Shown here: piece after piece, positions 37,013 through 45,595 of the stretch | How the letters are laid out: each line of letters starts with the position of its first letter | Numbering within the stretch: position 1 is the stretch's first letter | Source of the DNA: Roseibacillus sp. | GTDB taxonomy: Bacteria; Verrucomicrobiota; Verrucomicrobiia; Verrucomicrobiales; Akkermansiaceae | Assembly: GCA_051251855.1 (NCBI GenBank) | Contig: JBPOGI010000001.1 | Span: 576,001-640,000 of the forward strand | Direction of reading: 5' to 3' | DNA: 64,000 nt | The notes under the pieces: generated by a model | Database searches by the model: none | What the model saw: only the letters and a program-made list of their open reading frames with translations | Told to the model about the DNA's origin: nothing | Made by a program: the position numbers and the translations under genes

Positions 37013-37804
37013 TTGTATTGGGAAGCATTCCAGAATCATTGGAGGGACGGGGTTGAAATTCTCGTCCTTTGGTTGGTGATCTATCAGCTCTATCGGGCAT
37101 TTCGTGCGACACGAGGGGCCAGTATTCTGGTGGGCTTGGCGACAGTGTTGATCGCGTTTATCTTGGTTTCTACGGTGCTGCAGCTGCCGGTGTTGAGCTG
37201 GATTTTGAGCAAGGCGGTCCTCTTTTTGGCCTTTGCGCTGTTGATTATTTTTCAACCTGAGATTCGCAGCACTTTAGCTCGTATCGGTAGCACGCGGTTC
37301 CTATCTTTTAACACGGGACAGCGGAAATTTTTGACCTTGTTGCAAGACTCGGTTGTGCAGCTTTCGAAGAAACGGTTCGGAGCGCTCTTTGCCTTGGAGC
37401 GTTCGATTTCGTTAAAGGAAATTCAGCAAACGGGAGTTGAGATTGGGGGCGAGCTTTCAGTGGAGTTGGCGATGACCTTGTTCTTTCCCAAGTCGGCCCT
37501 CCATGACGGTGGAGTGGTATTGGATGAGGAGAGGATTGTATCGGCGGGTTGCGTCTTTCCTGTGACGCAACGTGATATGAGCGACCGCTCCTTGGGGCTG
37601 CGTCATCGGGCTGCTATTGGGCTGACTGAGGAGACGGACGCGGTTGCGATTGTGGTGAGCGAGGAGACGGGCACGATTTCGATTGCAGTGGATGGGGAGT
37701 TGGAGCGTTTCAAGAATGAGACCGAGTTTCGCGAACGCTTGGAGGCGATTTTCTTAAATAATGAGCAGAAAAAAGACAGTTCAGATTCGGAATCTGACAG
37801 CTAA
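37013..37804 (+). CDS. cdaA: Diadenylate cyclase CdaA/DacA
   Basis: Three TM helices, IFQPEIR, LHDGG, GLRHRAAIG, VSEETG. TTG start inferred. Confidence 0.92.
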   Translation: MYWEAFQNHWRDGVEILVLWLVIYQLYRAFRATRGASILVGLATVLIAFILVSTVLQLPVLSWILSKAVLFLAFALLIIFQPEIRSTLARIGSTRFLSFNTGQRKFLTLLQDSVVQLSKKRFGALFALERSISLKEIQQTGVEIGGELSVELAMTLFFPKSALHDGGVVLDEERIVSAGCVFPVTQRDMSDRSLGLRHRAAIGLTEETDAVAIVVSEETGTISIAVDGELERFKNETEFRERLEAIFLNNEQKKDSSDSESDS

Positions 37805-37988
37805 GGTAGCTTCGCTATTTCTGGCAGTGATCGTTTGGTTCCTCATTACGACGGACCTTCGGCGAACCTCGAGTTCGGCTGATAAAAATGACGAAGACTC
37901 GACTCTGTTAGGGCCAGCCTTCAACCCTGATTTACAAGGAACGGGTGAACCTGTTGAGCCCAAGAAGGAGACTCCGACAGTTCACTGA
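37761..37988 (+). CDS. Small membrane protein resembling the N-terminus of CdaR/YbbR
   Basis: RNLTAKVASLFLAVIVWFLI resembles the CdaR anchor; overlaps the cdaA 3' end. Confidence 0.6.
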   Translation: MSRKKTVQIRNLTAKVASLFLAVIVWFLITTDLRRTSSSADKNDEDSTLLGPAFNPDLQGTGEPVEPKKETPTVH

Positions 37989-38023
37989 CTACTTTGCGCC
38001 GAGAAAGGTGGACTTAGCTAAGG

Positions 38024-38551
38024 ATGAAGGTGAAACTAGCGCTCTTTGTTCTTGGTGTCTGTGCCTTTGTCGCTGGAGGCGTTTTTGTTATGTGGGTCTC
38101 TGGAGCTTTCGATGAAGTCCATCAGAGATACGAAAGTAAGAAACAGGCCCAAGCGGATCGCCTGTTTGAGCGAGGTTGGTTGCCTCACTTTATCCCTGAA
38201 AGTTCCAGGAATATCTCGATGGTGAACAACCTCGATATTAATACCACGATGGGTTCTTTTGATTTCGACCCGCTTGAGTTGGATTTGTTTGTCAGGAGTG
38301 TTCAGCAGGCGAACGATGGCTTGGTGAGGGTGGGCTCTTATCGGGAGAAAGAAGGGGAGCTAAATAGAAATGGCTACCTGATTTTTGACTGTAGTTTTGG
38401 AGAGGGAGCTTGGAAGTTTCTGATTCATCCCCGTGGGCACTGCGAGTTCTGGGGTAGTAGTAATGACGGGGTTCTTTCGAAAAAATCTGAGAAGGAGAAC
38501 AAAGCTGAGAACTTAAAGTCTATTGAGAGCGATGAGTCGGAGGTTGACTGA
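38024..38551 (+). CDS. Hypothetical membrane-anchored protein, YbbD-like
   Basis: N-terminal TM; LFERGWLP..IP.S..NI...NNLD.N...G.F.F motif recalled from YbbD-like proteins. Confidence 0.55.
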   Translation: MKVKLALFVLGVCAFVAGGVFVMWVSGAFDEVHQRYESKKQAQADRLFERGWLPHFIPESSRNISMVNNLDINTTMGSFDFDPLELDLFVRSVQQANDGLVRVGSYREKEGELNRNGYLIFDCSFGEGAWKFLIHPRGHCEFWGSSNDGVLSKKSEKENKAENLKSIESDESEVD

Positions 38552-38619
38552 GCATGTGGTCGTAGTAGAACTAATCAAGGCGTGCTGAGTTGATTGGATT
38601 ATGGGCGCTGGAAGATTCT

Positions 38620-39267
38620 ATGAAAGGTGGCGTGATTGTTACGGGGACTGATACTGGGTGTGGTAAGACTTGGTTTTCGTGGTTGCTTGTGAAGGCGCTG
38701 CGGGCAAAGGGAATTGATGCGGTGGGCTGGAAACCGATGTGCTGCGGTGAGCGGGAGGATGCCTATGCTCTGGAAGATGCTAGCGACGGGCAGTTGACGA
38801 TTGACGAGGTGAATCCGGTGTGGTTTCGGACGCCGATTGCGCCCTTTCCTGCATCTGAGCTAGAGGGCGGAGCGGTTGACCTCGATGCCTTGGCTGCGTT
38901 AGGAAAGTCCTTGGCTGCGAAGCATGAGGTGGTGGTTTGTGAGGGGGTTGGAGGTTGGGAGGTGCCTTTGACGGCGTCGGAGGGTTTTTCGGACTTTGCG
39001 AAGAAGCTGGGCTGGCCGGTGATTTTGGTGATTGGAAACCGCCTCGGGGCGCTGAATCATACCTTTCTCTCGGCGGCGGCGATTGAGGCGGAAGGCTGTG
39101 AGTTGAAGGCTGCAGTCTTGAATCAGGTGATTGAAGAACAAGATGTGGCGGGGGTGACCAATCGTGGGGTGATTGAGCAACGAATGCCTGGGAAGGTTGT
39201 GGGAGAAGTGATGCACGGGGCTGAGGTGCTGGAGGAGGAGATTTTGGAGGCACTGATTGCGCGGTAG
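38620..39267 (+). CDS. bioD: Dethiobiotin synthase
   Basis: VTGTDTGCGKT, WKP, EGVGG, RLGALNH. Confidence 0.95.
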   Translation: MKGGVIVTGTDTGCGKTWFSWLLVKALRAKGIDAVGWKPMCCGEREDAYALEDASDGQLTIDEVNPVWFRTPIAPFPASELEGGAVDLDALAALGKSLAAKHEVVVCEGVGGWEVPLTASEGFSDFAKKLGWPVILVIGNRLGALNHTFLSAAAIEAEGCELKAAVLNQVIEEQDVAGVTNRGVIEQRMPGKVVGEVMHGAEVLEEEILEALIAR

Positions 39268-39406
39268 GGGCTGGGTAGGTTTCGTTCACCGCAGAGTCGA
39301 AGAGACGCGAGAAGGGCAGAATGTAAGGCTCTGAGAGGAGGTGATTGGTGGACGACTGAAGTTCGACATTCCTGTTGGACTCCTCTTGTGGGGGGCGAGT
39401 GGGCAC

Positions 39407-39437
39407 AAAAAAACGGCTCCTGTCGGAGCCGCTTTTT
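39407..39437. terminator. Bidirectional terminator (rplS / bioD)
   Basis: AAAAAAA-CGGCTCC-tgtc-GGAGCCG-CTTTTT. Confidence 0.85.
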
Positions 39438-39462
39438 GGAAAGTCTATTGTGTGGAGTAGAA

Positions 39463-39924
39463 TTACTCGGCGCTCTCGGTGGCTTCAGCGGCGGCTGGCG
39501 CGGGAGCTTCTTCCTTCGAAGCACGCTTGGCTGCAGAAGCTTCTTTCTTGGCTTCACGAGCTTTGGCAGCGGCGTTGGTGTCAGCGGGCTTAACAAGGAG
39601 GGCGCGCTTACCAACACGGTCACGGAGGTAGTGAAGCTTAGCACGACGAACACGGCCACGAGAAACAACTTCAATCTTAGAAACACGAGGAGTGTGAACT
39701 GGGAAAATACGTTCAACGCCTTCGCCGTAAGAAATCTTACGAACGGTGTAGGATGCGTTCACGCCGCCACCTTTACGAGCGATGACGAGTCCAGCAAAAA
39801 TCTGGGTCCGCTCTTTCTCTCCCTCACGAACGAGGCAATGGATTTTGACGCTGTCACCGACACCAAATTCGGGAATGTCACTTTTCTGTTGTTCTTGGTC
39901 GATTTTGTCGATGATGGCGCTCAT
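39463..39924 (-). CDS. rplS: 50S ribosomal protein L19 with an Ala/Lys/Glu-rich tail
   Basis: [45 protein letters not shown]. Confidence 0.97.
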   Translation of the reverse strand: MSAIIDKIDQEQQKSDIPEFGVGDSVKIHCLVREGEKERTQIFAGLVIARKGGGVNASYTVRKISYGEGVERIFPVHTPRVSKIEVVSRGRVRRAKLHYLRDRVGKRALLVKPADTNAAAKAREAKKEASAAKRASKEEAPAPAAAEATESAE

Positions 39925-40092
39925 AACTTGAAATTGGTTTCTTCCGGCTTTTCCGAGGGTTTCGGGACCGAAGGGGCGAGGGAACTAAGGGATTCGAAGG
40001 GTTGATTCAACTGTTTTTTTTGAAATTGGTGTCTCAATCCACTTTTTTCGTTGGAATACTGTCGGGAAGGGAGGTTGGGAGCATTTTAGGGC

Positions 40093-40800
40093 TTAACCGG
40101 CGAAGAGAATACGACCGCAGTTTTCGCACTGGGTGACTTCTTTGTCTGCGTTGACTTTGATGAGGGTAGCGGGGGTGACTTTGACGTGGCAGCCAGCGCA
40201 TTGTCCGCTTTCAGAGAGGCTGACAACGACCTTTGTTCCGCGCGCTTTGCGGAGGCGGTCGTAGGTTTCGAGTAGGTCTTGGTCGCTCGTCTCGGCGGCC
40301 GCCTTATCACGCATGGTCTTGACTTCGGCGAGACGCTTGGTTTCTTCGTCTTCACGTTTATCGTAGCTGACAAGCTCCTCATTCACGCTTTCTTCGGCCT
40401 TGGCAAGTTTGTCCTTGGCTTGATCGAGGACATCTCTTCGCTGGTCGCTTTTTTCCATGAGCTCAAGTTCGGTGGTCTCGTGGTCGTCAATTTCCTGCTG
40501 ATAACGCTCGATTTCGGTGCCGATAGCTCGAAATTCTTCGTTCTTACGCGTTTCAAACTGCTGGGTCTTGAGCCGGCCGATGGTTGTCTTGCGAGTTTCG
40601 ATGTCCAGTTCGACAGTTTTAATGGCCATCTCGTTCTCTTGGAGGCTGGCTTTGGCATCGGCAACGGCTTTCTGAGAGCTAGCGAGACGGGTCTTGGCCA
40701 TTTCCTTCTCGGCAGGAATACGCTTGAGGTCGGCGATGAGGTCAGCGATTGACTGGTCGCGCTGTTGAAGGATGAGAAGTTTCTCGATTTCGGGAATCAC
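40093..40800 (-). CDS. Coiled-coil protein with a C4-type zinc ribbon (CT398/FlgZ/DUF164 family)
   Basis: Long coiled coil, then CAGCH...CENCGRIL. Confidence 0.88.
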   Translation of the reverse strand: MIPEIEKLLILQQRDQSIADLIADLKRIPAEKEMAKTRLASSQKAVADAKASLQENEMAIKTVELDIETRKTTIGRLKTQQFETRKNEEFRAIGTEIERYQQEIDDHETTELELMEKSDQRRDVLDQAKDKLAKAEESVNEELVSYDKREDEETKRLAEVKTMRDKAAAETSDQDLLETYDRLRKARGTKVVVSLSESGQCAGCHVKVTPATLIKVNADKEVTQCENCGRILFAG

Positions 40801-40950
40801 GCCCTGTGATTATCGCGCTGTGGAGGGGCTGGCAAGAGTAGGAATGCTTGAGTGTAAAAAGAAGACTCTAAAATTGAAGAGAATGAGTTGATGCCACGCC
40901 GTTAAAAAGGGAGACTCTTGCGAGCGACCATCGCTATCCCTTTTACCTGA

Positions 40951-42558
40951 ATGAATACTTTGAGAATTGAATGCCCCGGCTGCCACCAAGGCTTTGAGGT
41001 GAGCGAAGAGCTCAACGGACGGACTGTTGAATGCGGCTCCTGCGAGAATCGCTTTCAAGTGACCCAAGAAGTATTGGCTCCTCAACGGGAGCGATTTTAT
41101 CCTGACGAAGTTCGCAAGGAAGTGGACTTGAGCCGTTTCGGGCGAGTGCCGGCGAAGGAGGCTCCCGTCGAATTTCGGACGATGGAGTATGATAAGATGG
41201 CGAAACAGAATTTTGTGGGTCCCATTCCTCCCGTTCTCCTTTTTGCCACAATTGGAGGATTCTTAATTTTGATTGGGGCGGCTTTGATTTTCTTTTTCGG
41301 TTCGATGCCCTCGAGTCAGATTTTGCAGGATGTGGAACGTCCGCAGCGGTATGTGCTTGCTGGCTTCTTTGGTTTTGTGGGTTTCATTTTGCTGACTTGG
41401 GGGATGATTAAAAGCAGGTTCCTCGGTGCTATTTTGGGCCTTTTGGGGGCTGGAGGTTTGTTGGCTCTGGCTCACTATTTGCCGGTTCATCGAACAGCGA
41501 CTCTTTTGAATGGAGTCGCGACTACGACAGAGGACGAAGATTCAAGAGAGATTGCGCCCGATAGCCCTTTCTTTCCCGGAATCAGTGCTGAGGAACAATT
41601 GACGCCGCAGGAGGTGATGAAGAAGACACGGTGGGAAGCATCTGTGTTGCCGCTGGTGTCGAATGGAGATGAAACGCAAGTCGCTGCGATTTGGGTTCGT
41701 TCGATGGCTGAATTTCATAAATCACAGATCCGGTCTTACTTGAGCCAAGAGTTGGACCTTCCGATTCGTCCTGACTTTCGGGAGTTAAAAGACGGGGGAA
41801 TCTTTGTGATGAGCGGCATTCCGCTCGACTTGGACCGCATCGAGTTTGTGGTCGAGAGGTTTGGTGAGGTGGAACAGGTGATTCCTGAATTGAGACTGAT
41901 TCAGATGCAGGTGAATACCGCAGTCTTGGGCGAGGTGAGTAATGAGTTAACGGCCAAATTGAATAACTCGGAGGATGGTGCTTTTTACTCTCTTAACTAT
42001 TCCGAACTGATCGCCCTTGATCGCGGGCGAGTGAAGGATGCAATTCGTCGCTTGGCGATGGCTGAACCTATCCGAATGAGAAAGGACATTACTGTCCGGC
42101 TGGTGGGGCTTTTGAGCGAGGAGCACGACGCGGAAACCTACGGTAATATTGCTGCGGCGCTGCAAAAGTGGTCAGAGGAGGGGGATGGAGCGGACCGGAT
42201 ATTGGCGGATATTGCGAGTAAGAAGAGGGGACGAGGGGTCAAGGTCCCCGATGAAGTCTTACGATTTTTTGCTGAGCGTAAGACGCCATCGGCGGCGCAG
42301 TTGATGACCGAGTTGTGGTCTGATGATCCAACCAGTCGGCAAAGATTCCTTGAAATCTATGGTTCGCAGGCTGCGCCATTGGTCGCTCCTTATCTTCGCT
42401 CCTCCAAGCCTGGGCTGCCACGCTCATCTGTTCGCTTGTTGGGGAAAATCGGGACGAAGAACGAGCTGCCAACGATGCGTGAGGCGCTGGCTGCGTCCCA
42501 AGACGAAGAATTTAAGGCTTTGCTCAAAGAGTCGATTAATCGGGTCGCTGGGCGATAG
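40951..42558 (+). CDS. Hypothetical membrane protein: N-terminal zinc ribbon, TM helices, C-terminal HEAT-like repeat
   Basis: IECPGC...VECGSC; three hydrophobic segments; RLLGKIGT..LPTMRE. Confidence 0.7.
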   Translation: MNTLRIECPGCHQGFEVSEELNGRTVECGSCENRFQVTQEVLAPQRERFYPDEVRKEVDLSRFGRVPAKEAPVEFRTMEYDKMAKQNFVGPIPPVLLFATIGGFLILIGAALIFFFGSMPSSQILQDVERPQRYVLAGFFGFVGFILLTWGMIKSRFLGAILGLLGAGGLLALAHYLPVHRTATLLNGVATTTEDEDSREIAPDSPFFPGISAEEQLTPQEVMKKTRWEASVLPLVSNGDETQVAAIWVRSMAEFHKSQIRSYLSQELDLPIRPDFRELKDGGIFVMSGIPLDLDRIEFVVERFGEVEQVIPELRLIQMQVNTAVLGEVSNELTAKLNNSEDGAFYSLNYSELIALDRGRVKDAIRRLAMAEPIRMRKDITVRLVGLLSEEHDAETYGNIAAALQKWSEEGDGADRILADIASKKRGRGVKVPDEVLRFFAERKTPSAAQLMTELWSDDPTSRQRFLEIYGSQAAPLVAPYLRSSKPGLPRSSVRLLGKIGTKNELPTMREALAASQDEEFKALLKESINRVAGR

Positions 42559-42639
42559 AACGGCGACGGTGGAGAACGAGGTAAAAGAACGCTTTTAAGC
42601 TTTGACGAGAACCCTCATTGCGAAGAAGAGAGCGCCGTT

Positions 42640-42987
42640 ATGTTACGCCAATTTTTAAAGTCCAAAATTCACCGCGCAGTGATTACTCAAGCCGACGTTG
42701 AATACGAAGGAAGCATTGAGATGCCAGGTAATCTGATGGATGAGGTGGGCCTCATGGAGGGCGAGAAGGTCTTAGTGGCCTCGGTGACATCTGGAAATCG
42801 CCTCGAGACCTATGCCCAGCGGGGACCTGACGGAACGGAGTTTTTGATCAATGGGGGGGCTGCTCTTCGTATTAAGAAGGGGGAGCGCGTGACGATTATG
42901 GCTTGGGGTCTTTCCGAAGGGCCGGTGGTCGCCCGTCGTATCGTGATGAATGAAAAGAATGAAATTGTGGCTCGATCGGGTCAGTGA
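42640..42987 (+). CDS. panD: Aspartate 1-decarboxylase
   Basis: KSKIHRA, YEG|SI self-cleavage site, GNRLETY, INGGAA. Confidence 0.95.
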   Translation: MLRQFLKSKIHRAVITQADVEYEGSIEMPGNLMDEVGLMEGEKVLVASVTSGNRLETYAQRGPDGTEFLINGGAALRIKKGERVTIMAWGLSEGPVVARRIVMNEKNEIVARSGQ

Positions 42988-43044
42988 AAGGTTCCTTAAA
43001 CTTCTTTTGACAACTTGGGGTCCCTTACCCATAGTCCGCCGCCC

Positions 43045-43605
43045 ATGACTCTGGCAGCAGTTTCCACAGCTCTTAGTATTTCGATCACTCTTCTGATTAT
43101 CACTTTGGTAGTCGTCAGCTTGCTGATGATTCTGGTCGTGATGATGCAGCGACCCAAGCAAGAAGGTTTGGGAGCCGCTTTTGGAGGAGGAATGACGGAC
43201 CAACTTTTGGGTGCCGGAACAACGAGTTTTCTTCAAAAGGCGACTGTCATTCTCGGTATTCTCTTTTTTGTTCTGAGTTTGATTCTCGGGATTTTGGTTG
43301 GCCGCTCCAATAAGCAGCAAGGTATCACGACGCAGGCTGCTGTTCCTACCGAGCAAAAAGCTGCTCCGGCCATCGCTGATGATATTCAGATTATCGAAGA
43401 CGGCGACGAAGATGAACTTTTGAAAGCGATTGAGACTGCGGCTGGAGCTTCTACCTTAGGGGATGCAGCCGAAACTGTCGAAGGAGCCATGACCGAATCT
43501 TCTGCTGAGGTAGAAGTTGCAGTCGAGGAAACGTCGGCGCCAGAAGTTGAAGAAGCACCTGCTCCCGTTGAAGGAGAAGAAGGTAGCACAGAGACTCCTC
43601 AATAG
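43045..43605 (+). CDS. secG: Preprotein translocase SecG with an acidic C-terminal tail
   Basis: VVMMQRPKQEGLGAAFGGG...FLQKAT; two TMs. Confidence 0.92.
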   Translation: MTLAAVSTALSISITLLIITLVVVSLLMILVVMMQRPKQEGLGAAFGGGMTDQLLGAGTTSFLQKATVILGILFFVLSLILGILVGRSNKQQGITTQAAVPTEQKAAPAIADDIQIIEDGDEDELLKAIETAAGASTLGDAAETVEGAMTESSAEVEVAVEETSAPEVEEAPAPVEGEEGSTETPQ

Positions 43606-43611
43606 ATTCTC

Positions 43612-44868
43612 ATGAGTGGGCAGGAACAAGAGACGGACCTGCCCGTCTGGCAGCGGGAGCACATTTTTCCACCCAAGCCGAAAAGCCCTTCCTATGGTGT
43701 TTTGCTAGGAAAGGGAGAAGCCAAGGGTTTTGACGAATTTTCCGAGCTAGAAGCGCATGTCATCCAATGGCGGGAGCCTGCAGGGCTGATTTGGACGCCG
43801 GAACGTGAGCGCTGCTTTCCACCCGAGGAAGATCCTCGACTGCTAAAGGCCCTGCGGAAGAGGAAGGCTGCTATCTCTGATGATGAGTGGAGTAAGAACC
43901 GGTTTCGAGCCTTTGCGTTCTTGTTGCCCATCGTCTATTTCGTTTGGAAAGGTCTCTCGGAGGGGCGGCTTTTACGTTCACAGGAACTCGGTCTTTTCGG
44001 GGTGCTTTGGCTTATGTTTGCTGGAATTCCAGCTTACGAGGCATGGAAAAGACGTAAGCGTGCGGTACGTTTGAATGCTGAGAATCTTACGAGCGAGGCG
44101 GAGGAAGTGCGCTTTGAGATCTGGCTGCGGCGTCAGCACATCCCCGTGACCAAGATTTTGTTAGGAATGGTGGTGGGAGTTTATCTCGTTCAGGTTCTTA
44201 AGGGGATTCCCCAGAGTGGGGGGCTTTTAGGTGCACTGTGGTTTCCACTCGACCTTTGGAATGGGAAGACGACGTTGGCCGGACTGCGCGAAGCGGGTTT
44301 GGTGAAGAATCAGGAGGGAATCGGGTACTTTAACGGCGAGTGGTGGCGGCTCTTTACGGCACCGATGCTTCATGGGCAGTTGATCCATTTAGTCATGAAT
44401 GGGCTGGGGCTTCTTTACTTGGGGAGGCGAACGGAGGTGATGGCAAGCTGGCCGCACCTAGTCCTCGTTTTTCTTGCTTCGATGATGGCTGGAGGAATTG
44501 CTTCTGCATACGGCTTGCCGACCCAGGCATCGGTAGGTGCTTCGGGTGGAATTATGGGCCTGTTGGGTTTCCTTCTTGTCTTTGAGTGGTTGCATGGACG
44601 GCTCGTACCTAAGCGGGCAACGCGACGATTGGTGGCGGCTCTGGTTTTCACCTTCGTGGTTGGCTTTGTGGGTTACAACTTTATCGACAATTGGGCTCAC
44701 GGGGGTGGGTTAGTTGCGGGGATGCTCTACGCGGGAATTGTCTTTCCGAAGTCGGGTTCGCCCCATCGTCCCAGAGCGACACGCGGGGACCAAGTTCTCG
44801 GAGTGATCGCGGCTTTGGTCGTGGTGGGGGGAGCTCTCGTCGCGGTCGTTAAAATGCGCGGGGGATAG
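43612..44868 (+). CDS. Rhomboid-family intramembrane serine protease with an N-terminal extension
   Basis: GEWWRLFT..LH..IHLVMN, VGASG, NWAHGGG. Confidence 0.92.
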   Translation: MSGQEQETDLPVWQREHIFPPKPKSPSYGVLLGKGEAKGFDEFSELEAHVIQWREPAGLIWTPERERCFPPEEDPRLLKALRKRKAAISDDEWSKNRFRAFAFLLPIVYFVWKGLSEGRLLRSQELGLFGVLWLMFAGIPAYEAWKRRKRAVRLNAENLTSEAEEVRFEIWLRRQHIPVTKILLGMVVGVYLVQVLKGIPQSGGLLGALWFPLDLWNGKTTLAGLREAGLVKNQEGIGYFNGEWWRLFTAPMLHGQLIHLVMNGLGLLYLGRRTEVMASWPHLVLVFLASMMAGGIASAYGLPTQASVGASGGIMGLLGFLLVFEWLHGRLVPKRATRRLVAALVFTFVVGFVGYNFIDNWAHGGGLVAGMLYAGIVFPKSGSPHRPRATRGDQVLGVIAALVVVGGALVAVVKMRGG

Positions 44869-44871
44869 TTT

Positions 44872-44925
44872 TTTAAACAAGTGATTAAAACAATCGTTTG
44901 ACGGTGGCTTTTTTCGGGGTATTGT
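44872..44925 (+). promoter_or_regulatory. Tandem TetR (PsrA-like) operators overlapping a sigma70 promoter
   Basis: TTTAAACAAGTGATTAAA and AAAACAATCGTTTGA; TTGACG-N16-TATTGT. Confidence 0.7.
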
Positions 44926-44930
44926 CGGCC

Positions 44931-45566
44931 GTGGTGAAGATGAATTCCCTGAATGAGACCCAAGTGCGTCTCCTTGATGCTGCGGAGATTCTTTTTGCTG
45001 AGAAGGGGTTCGAGGCGGTTTCGCTGCGGGATATTACTCAAGCCGCAGATGCCAATGTGGCAGCGGTGAGTTACCACTTTGGAGGGAAGGAAAATTTGAT
45101 CAACGCGGTGATGGGGCGTCATGCCATGCCGATCAACTGCGAGCGGATTGAGCGCTTGGATCAATTGCTTGCTCGTGAGCAGAAGCCAACTGTGAGGGAG
45201 GTGGTCGATGCTTTTCTGCGGCCTTTGATGGAGCGGATCCTTGATCAAGAAAATCGGCAACAGCTCTTTGCGAAGTTTATGGCAAGAATGATGGGCGAGA
45301 AGGCCTGTGGATTGCCGGCAGAAGTGCTTCCGCAATTTCAAGAAATGGCCCGCAAGGTGGTGGCGGGGTTTCAAGCTGCAGTCCCAAGTTTGAGCGAAGA
45401 GCAGGCTTACTTCCGGCTTAAATTCTGCTTTGCGGTGATGGCAGATGCGATGATGCGTGACGAGGCTTTTGAACAGATTTCAGAGGGCCGTTTGGCTGGA
45501 CCTTGGAATTGGGAGCAGGTGTTTGAAGAGGTTTTGGATTTTTGTGAAGGAGGGTTGAAAGGATGA
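44931..45566 (+). CDS. TetR/AcrR-family regulator (PsrA-like)
   Basis: RLLDAAEILFAEKGFEAVSLRDIT..ANVAAVSYHFGGKE. Start GTG 44931 or ATG 44940. Confidence 0.92.
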   Translation: MVKMNSLNETQVRLLDAAEILFAEKGFEAVSLRDITQAADANVAAVSYHFGGKENLINAVMGRHAMPINCERIERLDQLLAREQKPTVREVVDAFLRPLMERILDQENRQQLFAKFMARMMGEKACGLPAEVLPQFQEMARKVVAGFQAAVPSLSEEQAYFRLKFCFAVMADAMMRDEAFEQISEGRLAGPWNWEQVFEEVLDFCEGGLKG

Positions 45567-45595
45567 TGATAGCCGAGAGTGGAGGTGGCATCGCC

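Noticed and set aside
40150..40210. CAGCH as a heme-c motif
   Set aside because: It is part of the C4 zinc ribbon of a cytoplasmic protein with no signal peptide.
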